Shown here piece by piece: positions 1-11,463 of a stretch of 64,000 bases of DNA (its first letter is position 1; every line of letters starts with the position of its first letter). A program made the position numbers and the translations under genes. The stretch comes from Entomortierella parvispora E1425 (Eukaryota; Fungi; Mortierellomycota). The stretch lies in contig BQFW01000002.1 of assembly GCA_020891255.1 (NCBI GenBank), forward strand, positions 1,550,001-1,614,000, written 5' to 3'. Below the pieces are notes generated by a model that was given only the letters and a program-made list of their open reading frames with translations, made no database searches and was not told where the DNA came from.

Positions 1-3000
1 CGAAAGCGTCCACGACTTTCGCCGTGCAGAGAATGGTATGTTTTTTGGGGAGGAGAGCGTGGATTGGCCGTGACTGCTTTTTGGATAGATTGTTATTTAT
101 TTGAATTGCCCTGACTATTATTAATCATGCCCCTCTCTCTGACAAACAGAAGAGGATGACTCTGAAGATGCTGACGAGCCGCGCCATAACATGGAGTATC
201 TGATCAAGTGGAAGGGTCAGAGTCATATGCATGATACATGGGAGCCATACCAAAATCTGCGTCAGTACAAAGGATTTAAAAAGGTCGACAGCTACATTCA
301 TCGCTTTGTCTATCCAGAGATTGCACTCAAGTCCGACCCCAACACTACCCGTGAGGAAATTGAGCAATCCGATGTGAACAGGGAGATGCTTCGCGATGAA
401 TTGAAGGACTACAAGACGGTTGAACGCATCATCGCCACCAGAACATCCAAGGGAGGCGAGACAGAATATTTTTGCAAGTGGAACCGTCTGCCGTATGGCT
501 CGGCTACTTGGGAAGGCGAGGACCTCATTTCAGAGAACCATCAGACTGAGATTGATGCCTTTTTGGACCGTGAGTCGAGTCAGAAGGTTCCATATAGGAC
601 AACCATCTACCCTAAAGGACAACGACCTCCTTTCAAGAAATTGTTGACCCAGCCAGAATACCTTGTTGGCGGACAGCTGCGTGACTACCAGCTGACGGGT
701 CTTAACTGGATGTCTCGACTTTGGTCTAGAAATGAGAACGGTATTCTTGCTGATGAGATGGGATTGGGAAAGACTGTCCAATCCATTTCTATCATCTCGT
801 TCCTATTCCACCAACACAACCTGTACGGACCATACCTTGTCGTCGTTCCTTTATCTACGATCGGCGCATGGCAGAGAGAGTTTGAGCGATGGGCGCCGGA
901 CATGAACATGATTGTTTACATTGGAGACGCGGCCAGTCGACAGACGATTCGCGACTACGAATTTTATCAAAAGGGATCCACCAACAAGATCCGTTTCAAT
1001 GTGCTGCTCACTACTTTTGAACTGGTTCGTATGGACCGCGCCGAGCTGGACAAAATCAAATGGACGTACCTGGCCATCGATGAGGCTCACAGGCTCAAGA
1101 ACAAGCAATCTCAGCTTCATGAAACCCTCAAGGATTTCAACACTACAAATCGCCTCCTGATCACAGGAACCCCTCTCCAGAACAGCGTTAAGGAGTTGAT
1201 CGCCCTTTGCAACTTTCTGATGCCGGACAAGTTTGACGACGACGATGTGGAGATTGATATGGCGGATGCGGAACAAGAAGCCAAGATTCGCGACCTCCAT
1301 GACAACTTAAAGCCCTATATGTTGCGTCGACTGAAGAAGGATGTAGAGAAATCGTTGCCCAAGAAGACGGAGCGTATTTTGCGTGTGGAGTTGTCTCAAA
1401 TGCAGACCCACTACTACAAGAACATCCTCACCAAAAACTTTGCCGTGCTGAACAAGGGTGTGTCGTCAGGAGCTGGTCAGCTCAGTTTGCTGAACGTGGC
1501 GATGGAGCTCAAGAAGGCCAGTAACCACCCTTACCTCTTCCCGAACGCCGAGGTCGTATCAGAGAGGCGCGATGAACAGCTCAAGGGTATCATCATGAAC
1601 AGTGGCAAGATGGTCTTGCTGGACAAGCTCTTGACGCGCCTCAAGAAGGATGGCCATCGTGTGTTGATCTTCTCGCAGATGGTGCGCATGCTCGACATCA
1701 TGACGGATTACTTGGCTTTGCGGGGATTTGCTTTCCAGCGCTTGGATGGAAGTGTCGGTTCAGAGGCTAGAAAGCGATCCATCGAGCACTTCAACGCGCC
1801 CAACTCGATCGATTTTGTATTTTTGCTGTCGACCCGTGCTGGAGGACTGGGTATCAACTTGGAAACCGCCGACACAGTCATTATCTTCGATTCGGATTGG
1901 AACCCTCAGAACGATTTGCAGGCCATGGCAAGAGCCCATCGTATCGGTCAAAAGAACGTCGTTAATGTCTACCGATTTGTTTCCAAGGACACCATTGAGG
2001 AGGACATTATCGAACGTGCCAAGCGTAAGATGGTATTGGAATACTGTATTATCAAGCAAATGGATACCTCGGGACTCGAGATTTTGCAGCAAAAGAAGGC
2101 CGCTGAAACTTCGACTGGATTTACCAAGGACGAACTGTCTGCGATTCTCAAGTTCGGAGCGCAGAGCATGTTCCAACAGGCCGAAGGCTCGACCAACAAG
2201 AAGCTGGATGAGCTTGATCTGGATGAAATTTTGGCCCGCGCTGAGGACCACGACACAACCGACGCAGTGAATCTGGCTGGAGGAGAAGAATTTTTGAGCC
2301 AGTTTCAGTACGCGGATTTTGGTGCCGGTGATATGTCGTGGGACGAGATCATCCCTGCAGATGAGCGCGACCAGTATGAAGCCGAAGAAAGGGCCAAGCT
2401 GGAGCAGGAGCTCTACACGCCCCGCAACAGAAGCCGGATTTCCTATGCGGAAGGAAAGGCCAACTCGCCTTCGCCCGAGTCGGAGGGTCGCCGAAAGAAG
2501 CGTAAGGTCTCTGGATCGGCGACACAGGCGCCTAACGGACCCAAGAAAAAGCGAGGTGCAGGGCTGGACCCCTCAGAATTGAACACCAAAGATCTTCGTG
2601 CGCTGGCCCGTGGAATGCTCAAGTTTGGCGTCGTAACAGATCGCTACCAGGATGTTGTGACAGAAGCCGAGCTGGAGGATAAAGAAGAAGAGGTGGTCAA
2701 GGTTGAGGCGGACGATCTTATTCATGCTTGCGAGGATGCGCTTGGAATCGACCGTGATTCCATTGACGTGGATGACGAGGAAGACCCACCCTATGCCAAA
2801 AAGAACGCCAAGGCTGTTCTCTTCACCTACAAGGAAGTCGAGAAGATGAACGCTGGTCAGATGATCTTGCGATTGAAGGACTTGCGCGCAATGAACAAGC
2901 GCTTGAACGGCTCGGATGTCTCAAAGTTCAGGATGAATGTCCAGCTTAAACCAGTGCTGAACTGGTCCTGCTCTTGGGGTCAAAAGGAGGATGCCATGCT

Positions 3001-4327
3001 GGTTGTTGGAATCTACAAACACGGATTTGGTGCTTGGGACAAGATGCAGGAGGACAGTACACTTGGCTTTGCCAAGAAGTTTTTCCTGTCATCGCAGGAT
3101 GCCAAAGACCTGAAAAAGATTCCAAAGTCATTGCATTTGGTTCGCCGAGGAGAGTACTTGCTGAAGGTCCTTCGGGATTCTGAGCGCGACAAGAAGACTC
3201 GGCAATCTACCGCCAGTTCTGGATCCAGACGTGAACCGGGCAAATCAAAGACCCAAAATAGCAGTAGCAACACTGCCGGAAACTCTAAAGACCCATCCAA
3301 GTCAAAGACATCTGCGAGCTCTAGCTCCAAGTCTCGCTCCTCTAGGTCGCGCCCTTCTCGGTCTTCAAAGGAAGACGTTGACTCAGAGTCGGATCCGTCC
3401 GCAGATTCGCCTCCAGCTCAGAATGACGAATCCAGCAAAGATCTTCTGAGAGCTGTGGGCCGTGACTTGAGAACGATTCGAGACTCAGATAAGCGAGGAG
3501 TAGAGCCTCAGGTGATTGCTGAATGCTTGGCTAGAATCGGTCGTGAGATTGAAGAGCTGGTGGAGGGCCCTTCCTTGTCGTCTGCTTCCCAATCACGGTC
3601 AGATCGAGATCGCCTGTCGAAGCAACTTTGGACGTACGCTGGAAAGATGTTCCCAACAGGAGCGATTCACTATTCCCAACTGCGCAAGGGTTACTTGGAG
3701 CTGAAGGATGCTCAAAAGCAGGCTTCATCCTCAAAGTCATCGTCCTCAAAAGACGATCGCAAGTCATCCTCCAACCTACGTTCGAGCCCATCTTCGTCCA
3801 GACGAGACTATAGTCGTGATCGCGAGGAAGCCAATGGTCATCGTCGGTCAAGGTCTCATAGAGATGATAGAGATGGCAGTGCCAGCCCCAAGCGCAACTC
3901 GAACTCGAGAAGACGATCGCTGGATAGGACGCACTCTCGCCCAAGACGCAGTGATTCTTTGGAAGACGAGCGTTCCCGCTACAAGGACCTTCGCACTTCG
4001 CGCGATCGCGCCTCTTCTGCTCGCCATCGCCATCGATCCGATGATGAAGATGAGGACAGTCATGGACGGGCAGCCAAGCGCCGAAGCACGGGGGAAGGTC
4101 TTCGGGATAGCAATGGCAGTTTAGCGAACGGCGCTCATGACGACCGCTCAAGCAAGGATGGCCGCCCACGCGATCGCTCTCGCAACAGGTCCGATCGTCA
4201 TAAACGCGATCGCAGCCGCGACCGCAGTCGCGATCGATCAGGGAGAGGACGAGACCGCGACAGAAGTAGAGACAGATCTCGCGATCACAGTGCGAGCAGA
4301 GACCATGACAGTCGGAGATACCGGTAG
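1..4327 (+). CDS. CHD1: Chromodomain-helicase-DNA-binding protein 1 (SNF2-family remodeler); 5' end lies outside the window
   Basis: ORF 191-4327 has a chromodomain (YFCKWNRLPY), helicase motifs ILADEMGLGKT, DEAH and QAMARAHRIGQ, a SANT/SLIDE-like region and an RS/RD-rich tail. Intron 36-149 (GTATG...CAG) joins an upstream exon in frame. Confidence 0.95.
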
Positions 4328-4587
4328 AGAGGACCTGGGACCATAACCATTCAACCCCCCCCCCCCCCCACCTTCCTCCTCCTTCCCTTTATTGTATTTG
4401 ATTCTGCATTTTTGCTAGACGTCGGAAAAGTGTAATCAATTAAAAAAAAAATTCGAACTTTCTCCATCACTCAAATTCCCCGAAGACCAAAACCAAATGC
4501 CGTTCGCCAATGACCATCCTGCAAAAGAGTGTTGGCCCTGGAGAAAGGCAATCAAAAAAACAAAAGAAAAATATCAAAAAGTATGAT

Positions 4588-4668
4588 CGTCAGCTGCAGG
4601 GTTTGAACCTGCGCGGGAATTCCCATATGATTTCAAGTCATACGCCTTAACCACTCGGCCAAGCTGAC
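4588..4668 (-). tRNA. tRNA-Ser(TGA)
   Basis: Cloverleaf on the minus strand: acceptor GTCAGCT/AGCTGAC, anticodon arm TATGA-CTTGAAA-TCATA, long variable arm, T-loop TTCAAAC. Confidence 0.93.
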
Positions 4669-4854
4669 TTGATTCGAACTATAATCATTGACGATCTAAA
4701 ATCCTCATTTAAACCAGCCTTGTGGAACACAACCCCTTAAGTGATGTTTCACCATGAAATAGTCATGGGTTCATATAGAACTCAGAATTCTAGTTATTAA
4801 ACCAATCAAATATGACGATTGTGACGTCTTTCTGATACATGAGACCCTTAACGC

Positions 4855-4927
4855 GCCCGGCTAGCTCAATCGGTAGAGCATCAGACTTCTAATCTGAAGG
4901 TTGTGGGTTCGACCCCCACGTTGGGCT
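4855..4927 (+). tRNA. tRNA with anticodon TCT (Arg); body is tRNA-Lys-like
   Basis: Acceptor GCCCGGC/GTTGGGC, anticodon arm TCAGA-CTTCTAA-TCTGA, T-loop TTCGACC, followed by a T-run terminator. Confidence 0.9.
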
Positions 4928-5069
4928 CTTTTACTCTTTTTGACTCGGACTGAGACTCTGAGAGCCCGGAATACTTTCATCTTCTCACTTTTTGATAGTG
5001 GGAGAACGTTCATTGAAGAAACAGAACGGGTTGGTGCATGCGATTCTTTATTTTTGCTGTCAATAACAG

Positions 5070-7008
5070 TTAGATTTTCAGTCTGAATCCAGTCGACTCT
5101 TGGTTGGCGTAGTTAAATAATCCACCAGGCTCCTCGTCGTCGTTTCCATGACCATGAACAGCCTGAGGTGCCGATGGAGATGCATTCCGTTTGGCAGTTC
5201 TGTGTATTCAAAAAAAAGAGAAAATAAAAAAATAAAATAAAAAAAACAAGGAATAGAAAGAAAAGTCAGTGAAAATGGTTGTTGATAGTGACGATGACTC
5301 GACGAGGTTTGATCCATAACAAAGTCTGCAAATCACCTTTCGCCTTTTGAGGGCCAAGTTGGGAACATGGAGGGGTGCTTTGGTGGGGGTGCTTCACTAT
5401 TTCGACACAAGAATAAGAATGTTAACACAAAGCGTGAATTACAACAAAAAAAAAAAAAAAAAAAAAAGAAATCACTTACGAAAAATATGGATGTTTCAAA
5501 GCATCTTCAGCCGTGATCCGTTTGGCAGGGTCATACGTCAACATTTGGGACATCAGATCCAGCCCGTTTTCCGTAAGGTAAGGGAGTCGACTGCGAAGGA
5601 TATTATAGGGCTGAATAAAGTTAGGAACGTGGCTCGCCAGAGGGAGTTTAGAATATCCAGGCCAAATTTTGTCGTTGGGTACTCCAAGCAACTTGAAGAT
5701 CTATTTGAAGATACACAGAACAGGTGTGAGTATTAAGAACAAAGGACAGTCCAATAATAATCACCAGCTTGCCGCAAAAAGATTGCTGTTACCTTCTCCA
5801 ATTGCTCTGCTTCGCTTCGTCCTGGCATCAAAGGCTCGTTATTGACAAATTCAGCAAAAATACATCCAATTGACCACATGTCGATAGCCGTCGTATAGTG
5901 CCTCGATCCCAGTAGCAATTCTGGTGCTCTGTACCACAATGTAACGACTGGCTGAGTCATCACTCCTTGGGGTTCTCCATATCGTCTAGCCAATCCGAAA
6001 TCTGCGACCTTGATCTCGCCTTGGTTGTTTAGCAGCAAGTTGGAAGTCTTCAGATCCCGGTGCAAAATCCAGTTCTCGTGAAGCAACTCCGTGGCCGACA
6101 ACAGTTGTAGCATGAGAGTTTTGACCTCGGATTGCAAAAAAGGTGCCCTCATCTCACTCATGAGCTCTTTCAGATCATGCTCGATGAAATCCATGACAAT
6201 GAAAATCCTGTGAAAACAAAAAAAAGACAAAAATCTCTTGTTAGAATGTGAGATGATATTGGGCGCGTTAGCGGCGACTGTTGCTGGATGGCGGAGAAAA
6301 CTTCAATTGCATCACTTACTGCGTCAAGGTATCGCCGACAACAATCTCTCGTACATTAACAATATGAGGATGCTTTGCCAAAAGTAACGTATAGATCTCA
6401 CGTAAACTTGTCACTGGGAACCCGTTCTTTTCCTGATCCAGCTTCAACTTCTTGAGTGCCACAATGTCCCCTGTGATGCGGTCTCGTGCTCTGTACACAA
6501 CTCCATAAGATCCTTCCGAGATCCTGTTCAGCTTCTCATAGTTCTCGACGCTTCTGCAGCCAGTCAGGACAGGATGTTGAGGTACATCTGGGACAGTAAT
6601 ATGGTATTCAGGAGCCTGTATTGTGGAGGATGATTCGTTCTTGTCGCTCTGGGTCTCTCCCCTGTATTCCCTGGTTTCCAGCTCGGCTTGATCAGGTTCA
6701 GCGTCAGAAGGTGCGGTGTCAAGTAATTGAGAGGGAGTTGAGGATCGGGCCTCTCCTGGCGTCAGCTCGCGTTGCAGGCGTGGCTGCTGCTCTGTCCGTA
6801 TGTCCATGTCGCGTAATGAGGTTCGAGGGAGGGTGGCGGAAGATGTCGAGGCTATGGAATTCGGCGTGCCTGCACCAGGGGTTGACATGGGCGAATCCTT
6901 GCTGGTCTTTTTGGATCGCTTCTCCTTCCTCTTCTTCTTTTGCCTCTGATCGTCCTCATCGCTGGAAAGCTCCCGAGCCCATTTGGATGCAGCTGCGCCT
7001 TGGTCCAT
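5070..7008 (-). CDS. CDK11: Cyclin-dependent kinase CDK11/CDK10 (PITSLRE) family, multi-exon
   Basis: Motifs [34 protein letters not shown] and [10 protein letters not shown] across ORFs 6316-7083, 5733-6230 and 5476-5691. The last exon ends ...STGFRLKI* at 5070. Confidence 0.92.
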
Positions 7009-7168
7009 GAAATGTGTGCTGGTTGAAGAAGAAAGAAGAAAGGAATGCAGAATGAAGATGCAATGTTCTGAAAACGAGTCCAAAAATCAGATAAAGTATT
7101 CTCAAAAATTATTACGAATTTTTATTCGAGGTTCATGATCATTAAAATGTAAAATTCATATATACACG

Positions 7169-7195
7169 GTGGAGGGTGTATAATACACCCTCCAC
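7169..7195. repeat. Perfect 12-bp inverted repeat with 3-nt spacer
   Basis: GTGGAGGGTGTA-TAA-TACACCCTCCAC, seen directly in the sequence. Confidence 0.9.
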
Positions 7196-7206
7196 GTTTG
7201 TCATGC

Positions 7207-10200
7207 TCAAAAGTGGCGGGAGGTGGAGCGGTTTGGGATATGGCCCGCTCCGTCATAATAATCGCCTTCGCCGACGCTTCCACCATAGGCAATACGAATC
7301 ACTTCGCCATCCAGATGGTCGTCCAGGCTCGGAGAAGGGTACTCCTCCTCCTGATGGTGCGGCAACTGTCGCCGCTGAGTCGTGAATACTGAAGTATGGA
7401 ACTGGCTCATTGGGTAGGCTTGATGTTGCTGGATTACTGGCATATGACCCTGCTTTCGGTATGGCACAGCTGGCAACGAAGTTACACGGTGGATAACTTG
7501 ACCACCCCCAACATACTTCGTGCTTGGCACATACTCTGTGGGAGTGGCTGCTTGACTACGACTCTCAGAAAGCAGAGGCCGCTGGCTACTGCTGCTTCCT
7601 GATCGGTTGGGATGGCGAGAACTAGCATCGCTGTTGTTACTTCCCGAACGATTAGGAAGTTGGCCAACCATGTTAGAAAATCTAACATGGTTATCACCGC
7701 TTCCAACAGCGCCGCTGCCACTGGCCAAGCTAGGCTGACTGAACGAACGATTGGGAAGACTCTGATGATGGGATGTTGGATAAGCAGCCTGGGCTTCAGA
7801 CCACTCAAGTGGCTGCTGTTGCTGCTGGGCTTCGACAAGACTATCCAGATAGTAGATTGTTCGAGTTTCAAGTCCAGACTTGCCTCCTTGAGAGATGGAT
7901 GCAGAATCGATCACAACAGGACTGATCGGTTCAGCTGACCGAGGGGATTCAATTGAAGTCGAGACCTTTGGAGGGATGGCAATGGCCATGGCGGCGCGTT
8001 GCTGACTTCTGGGTCGACTGGGAGGAGGACTGGTAACCATGGCCTCTTCGGTAATCTCTTGCTTGTCCCCATCAACAATGTGGAAGGAGGCTCCGCGGGT
8101 GTGCTGCACCGATGGGTGCTCAACTTTGGGTTGGACCTCATTGAATCGGGGGTATTGCCTCTCCTTGGCGCTTTGACTCTTGGGCATGGACTGGTTGTTG
8201 GACGACCCAAAGGCGGAGCAGACGCCGGTTTTGCGCGGGTAAAAAATAAGCGTCAAAGTGACCCTGCAGCACAGCCAACGGGAAGAAAACAAAAAAAGAT
8301 TAGCACAACGCACTACGTCAAGTGCATGCCCCCGTTTTGGGTTGTGTGTTTTTTTTTTTTTTTGGAACGAGAGAAGCTTGGACCTGCCGTGCACCTACCA
8401 AATAATGAACTCAAAGAAATTGAGATTCGTGATGAGCAAATCGGATGCAAACTTATTCGTGGCGATAATGGGCGAGGGAGAAAGGCCATCAGCAGAGAGG
8501 ATGCCCAAAGCCAACGAACCACCAAAGAAACTGAACGTGAGGATGGCGTTCTATAGGGGGATAATGAGGCAAGAGCAAGGAAACCCCAGGGGTAAGCGTT
8601 CAAGCTTTGTATCTCGATCAAAGAATTAAGACAAGGGGGCGCTTTTTACCATGTCCTTGAAGTATTCCAATTTGCGAACCACATTGATAGTAGTCTCGTT
8701 CATGATATCGCGGGCGGTTGAGGTCAGCACCTTCAACCGGAAGTGTGTCCTGATGCCCAGGACACCAGTGATGAACATGAGAAGACTAAAGATGAACTGG
8801 GGCACGACTTCCCTGTATACAAAGTCGTATCGGAAGAGGTACTGAATCGTTGGGAACAGGACAACAACCACACAGGAGGCTACAATGTTCACTTTGAATT
8901 CAAAGCTTGACATGAACGTTGATTTGGTCACCGACTTCGAGATATACGACCAAAACGCTTGAAGGAGAAAAAAAACCGAATTTTGGAAGGCCATCGAACA
9001 GGCCAGAGTGTAATATAGAGGCTCCACATGGATTTGGTCGCTCCTATCCCAGTCCTGTGCGGGCTTGGATTGAATAACATCAGTTTGTGGATTAACCCAG
9101 AACCCTTCTAGATATTTCAGTCTTGCGCTGCCTATATCGTAACTGTTATACGAAGGGTGTAAGGAGATGGAGAAATAGTGAGCAAAAAGGACGACCAAAA
9201 AATACTGGGGGTAGAACATGTCGCTTCCATCACAGAACTGCAAGAGCGCGTCGAACTGTGGACAGTGAGCAATACCACGAGCAAAATACTCGGGAAGAGC
9301 CACAGATGTGGGAGGTGATTGTTGAACAGAGAGTGTTGTCTTGCTCTCAGTGGAAAAGCTCTCGATTGCATGTTCTCAAAGAATTCACATGCATCCTCTT
9401 CAACATTCCTCGGAGGGAGTGTATGAAAGGGGATTGGTCGATGGCACAGTGCGAGAGAAATGTGCGTTCACGAAAGAGTCGTGGTGCAGGAACGGGGCTG
9501 GGATACAAAAAAAAAAAAAAAAAAAAAAGTGATCGAGACCAATCTTTCCCGCCAAACAACGGTCGCTGTCCCCATCCTTGTATGCATCCCGCACCAATCC
9601 CAAGCAGGGTTGTACCTCTTCCCCTGTCGCTTTTTGCTTCTCTCCACGACTTCTTTCTTTCGGTCGTGCTTTTTGTGCTGCTCTCAGACTTTGCGCGCAC
9701 CATATTACGGAACACAAGACAAAATAATGAAGCATACAATCCAATGTTACATAAACCCAAACAAACCAGGTACCCCGCTCGCACGCGCACTTGCGGACAA
9801 ACACCACGCGTTGACGAGTGTGTTTGTGTGTGTGTGTGTATGTCTCTTTTCTTTCCGTTGTTGTATGTCCCTTTACCAGATACGAGGTACCATCTCATCA
9901 GAGCACGATAGCTTTGCTACATCTTGTTATCTCCATCCCCCCATGCTACTGCCCCAGAAAGAGGACAGGGATACTTACGCAAGTTGAAGACAGAGTGCTA
10001 TCAGTGTAAGCAGGGTCACCATGCTCCTGAGTTCCAGTCGTATCAGTCGCCTTGGCCGCAGGGCTTCGAATCGATCCCAGCGGTAGACGTATATCACAAA
10101 CCATCCGTAGAACCAGGACATGCTGACAGCCCGTTGGAGGTATGACATATCGGAAAGGTGGGTCATGGTGAATTATGTGGATATTGGTACAGAAAAAAAA

Positions 10201-10702
10201 AGTGATTGACGCGGGTACAGATGTTGAGGGGTTTGGAGAGATGAGGAGCAAGAGGGAGACGCGATTAAAGAGAAAGCAAGTAAAAACCAAAAGAACTTGG
10301 GAGAGGTGGATGTATAGTAAAGGAAAGGAGACCTGTGGTAGAAGAAATACAGGGAAGAGTGAGTCTCGAAAGTCCTTTATATCAAAAATGGTCCTGGCTG
10401 TGGACAGATGACATCCTATTTTCTCCAATTGGTCCAGGTGCGTGCATGTCGGCGAGAACAAAGGTACAAAGAGAAGTACATAATCGACACCAAAACATTC
10501 GGAGCATGGGCCCTTTTTTTTGGTTCAGTTTTTGGGTGTTTTGTGCTGCTTTCTTGTCGCTGCTGCAGTTTTTGTGTTGTCACATCATCCTTGATACGAT
10601 CATGCAACCTGGCTGCCCCAAGTTATATTCTGCAATAATTGCAGGCGGAAACTCGGAGTTGCACAGGATGGTCAGGCTGTATCTCAATTGTGTGGCGTTC
10701 AT
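7207..10702 (-). CDS. Multi-pass membrane protein of unknown function with a long Ser/Gln-rich C-tail; multi-exon; start uncertain (10702 or 10148)
   Basis: Hydrophobic exons MSWFYGWFVIY...LIALCLQLA, YDIGSARLKY...KYFKDM and NAILTFSFFGG...FFEFIIW can be joined by GT-AG introns, one of them ~830 nt. Tail ORF 7207-8394. Confidence 0.7.
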
Positions 10703-11463
10703 CGGGCCGCTCCACTCGCCGCTTCATACAACCTGGCTCGCTCTCTGGTAGAGATCAAGATATTAATACGCACATTTACATTTTAATGTCCCTTCTGCAC
10801 CCCAACTTCGCGTCCATGTCCTTTCCAACTTTCCAACTACCACCATGCTCACTCGTGGGGCTTTAGTGCGAGGGGCCAGAAGGATCCCTCAATGTTTTCG
10901 AGTACTACCTCTCTGTTACTGCAGGAGACTCACGATAATTAAACTGGCGGTGAGACAAAGATAGCGCGTACCCATTGGTGTTTCGCGGAGCGAATCATCT
11001 TCTTCTTGAGGAGCCATTCGCCCATATCTTGAAGGCGCCAGCCAACACCACGCCAACCCACGGGATGCACGGTCACAGGGCGTTCATTGAGTTCAGCCCT
11101 TTTTCCTCCTCACCTTCCTCCACAATCGTCGACTGTTACTTACCAGCCCCTCCCGCTCGATCGATCGGACGCTGGCCCTGTGTCACCACCAATAATAACC
11201 CCCTTGCTCAAGTTTTTTTTTTTTTTTTTTTTTTTGGCAACAGCAACAATGAAGAGAAGATCGTCCCACATTGGGGTTTATTTTGAATGAAGAGTGCGTT
11301 TGTAATGCAGAATGTGTCTAGTCATTATGACATGAGTACTAAAACATGAAAATGCTGCAGAGTGGAGAGTGTTGCTTGATATGAATGAATGCTTGATCTA
11401 GCCGTGGCGACTCGGAGGGGCCGAAGGGCTTGCTTTGAAATAATCGCCCTCTTCGATTCCTTT

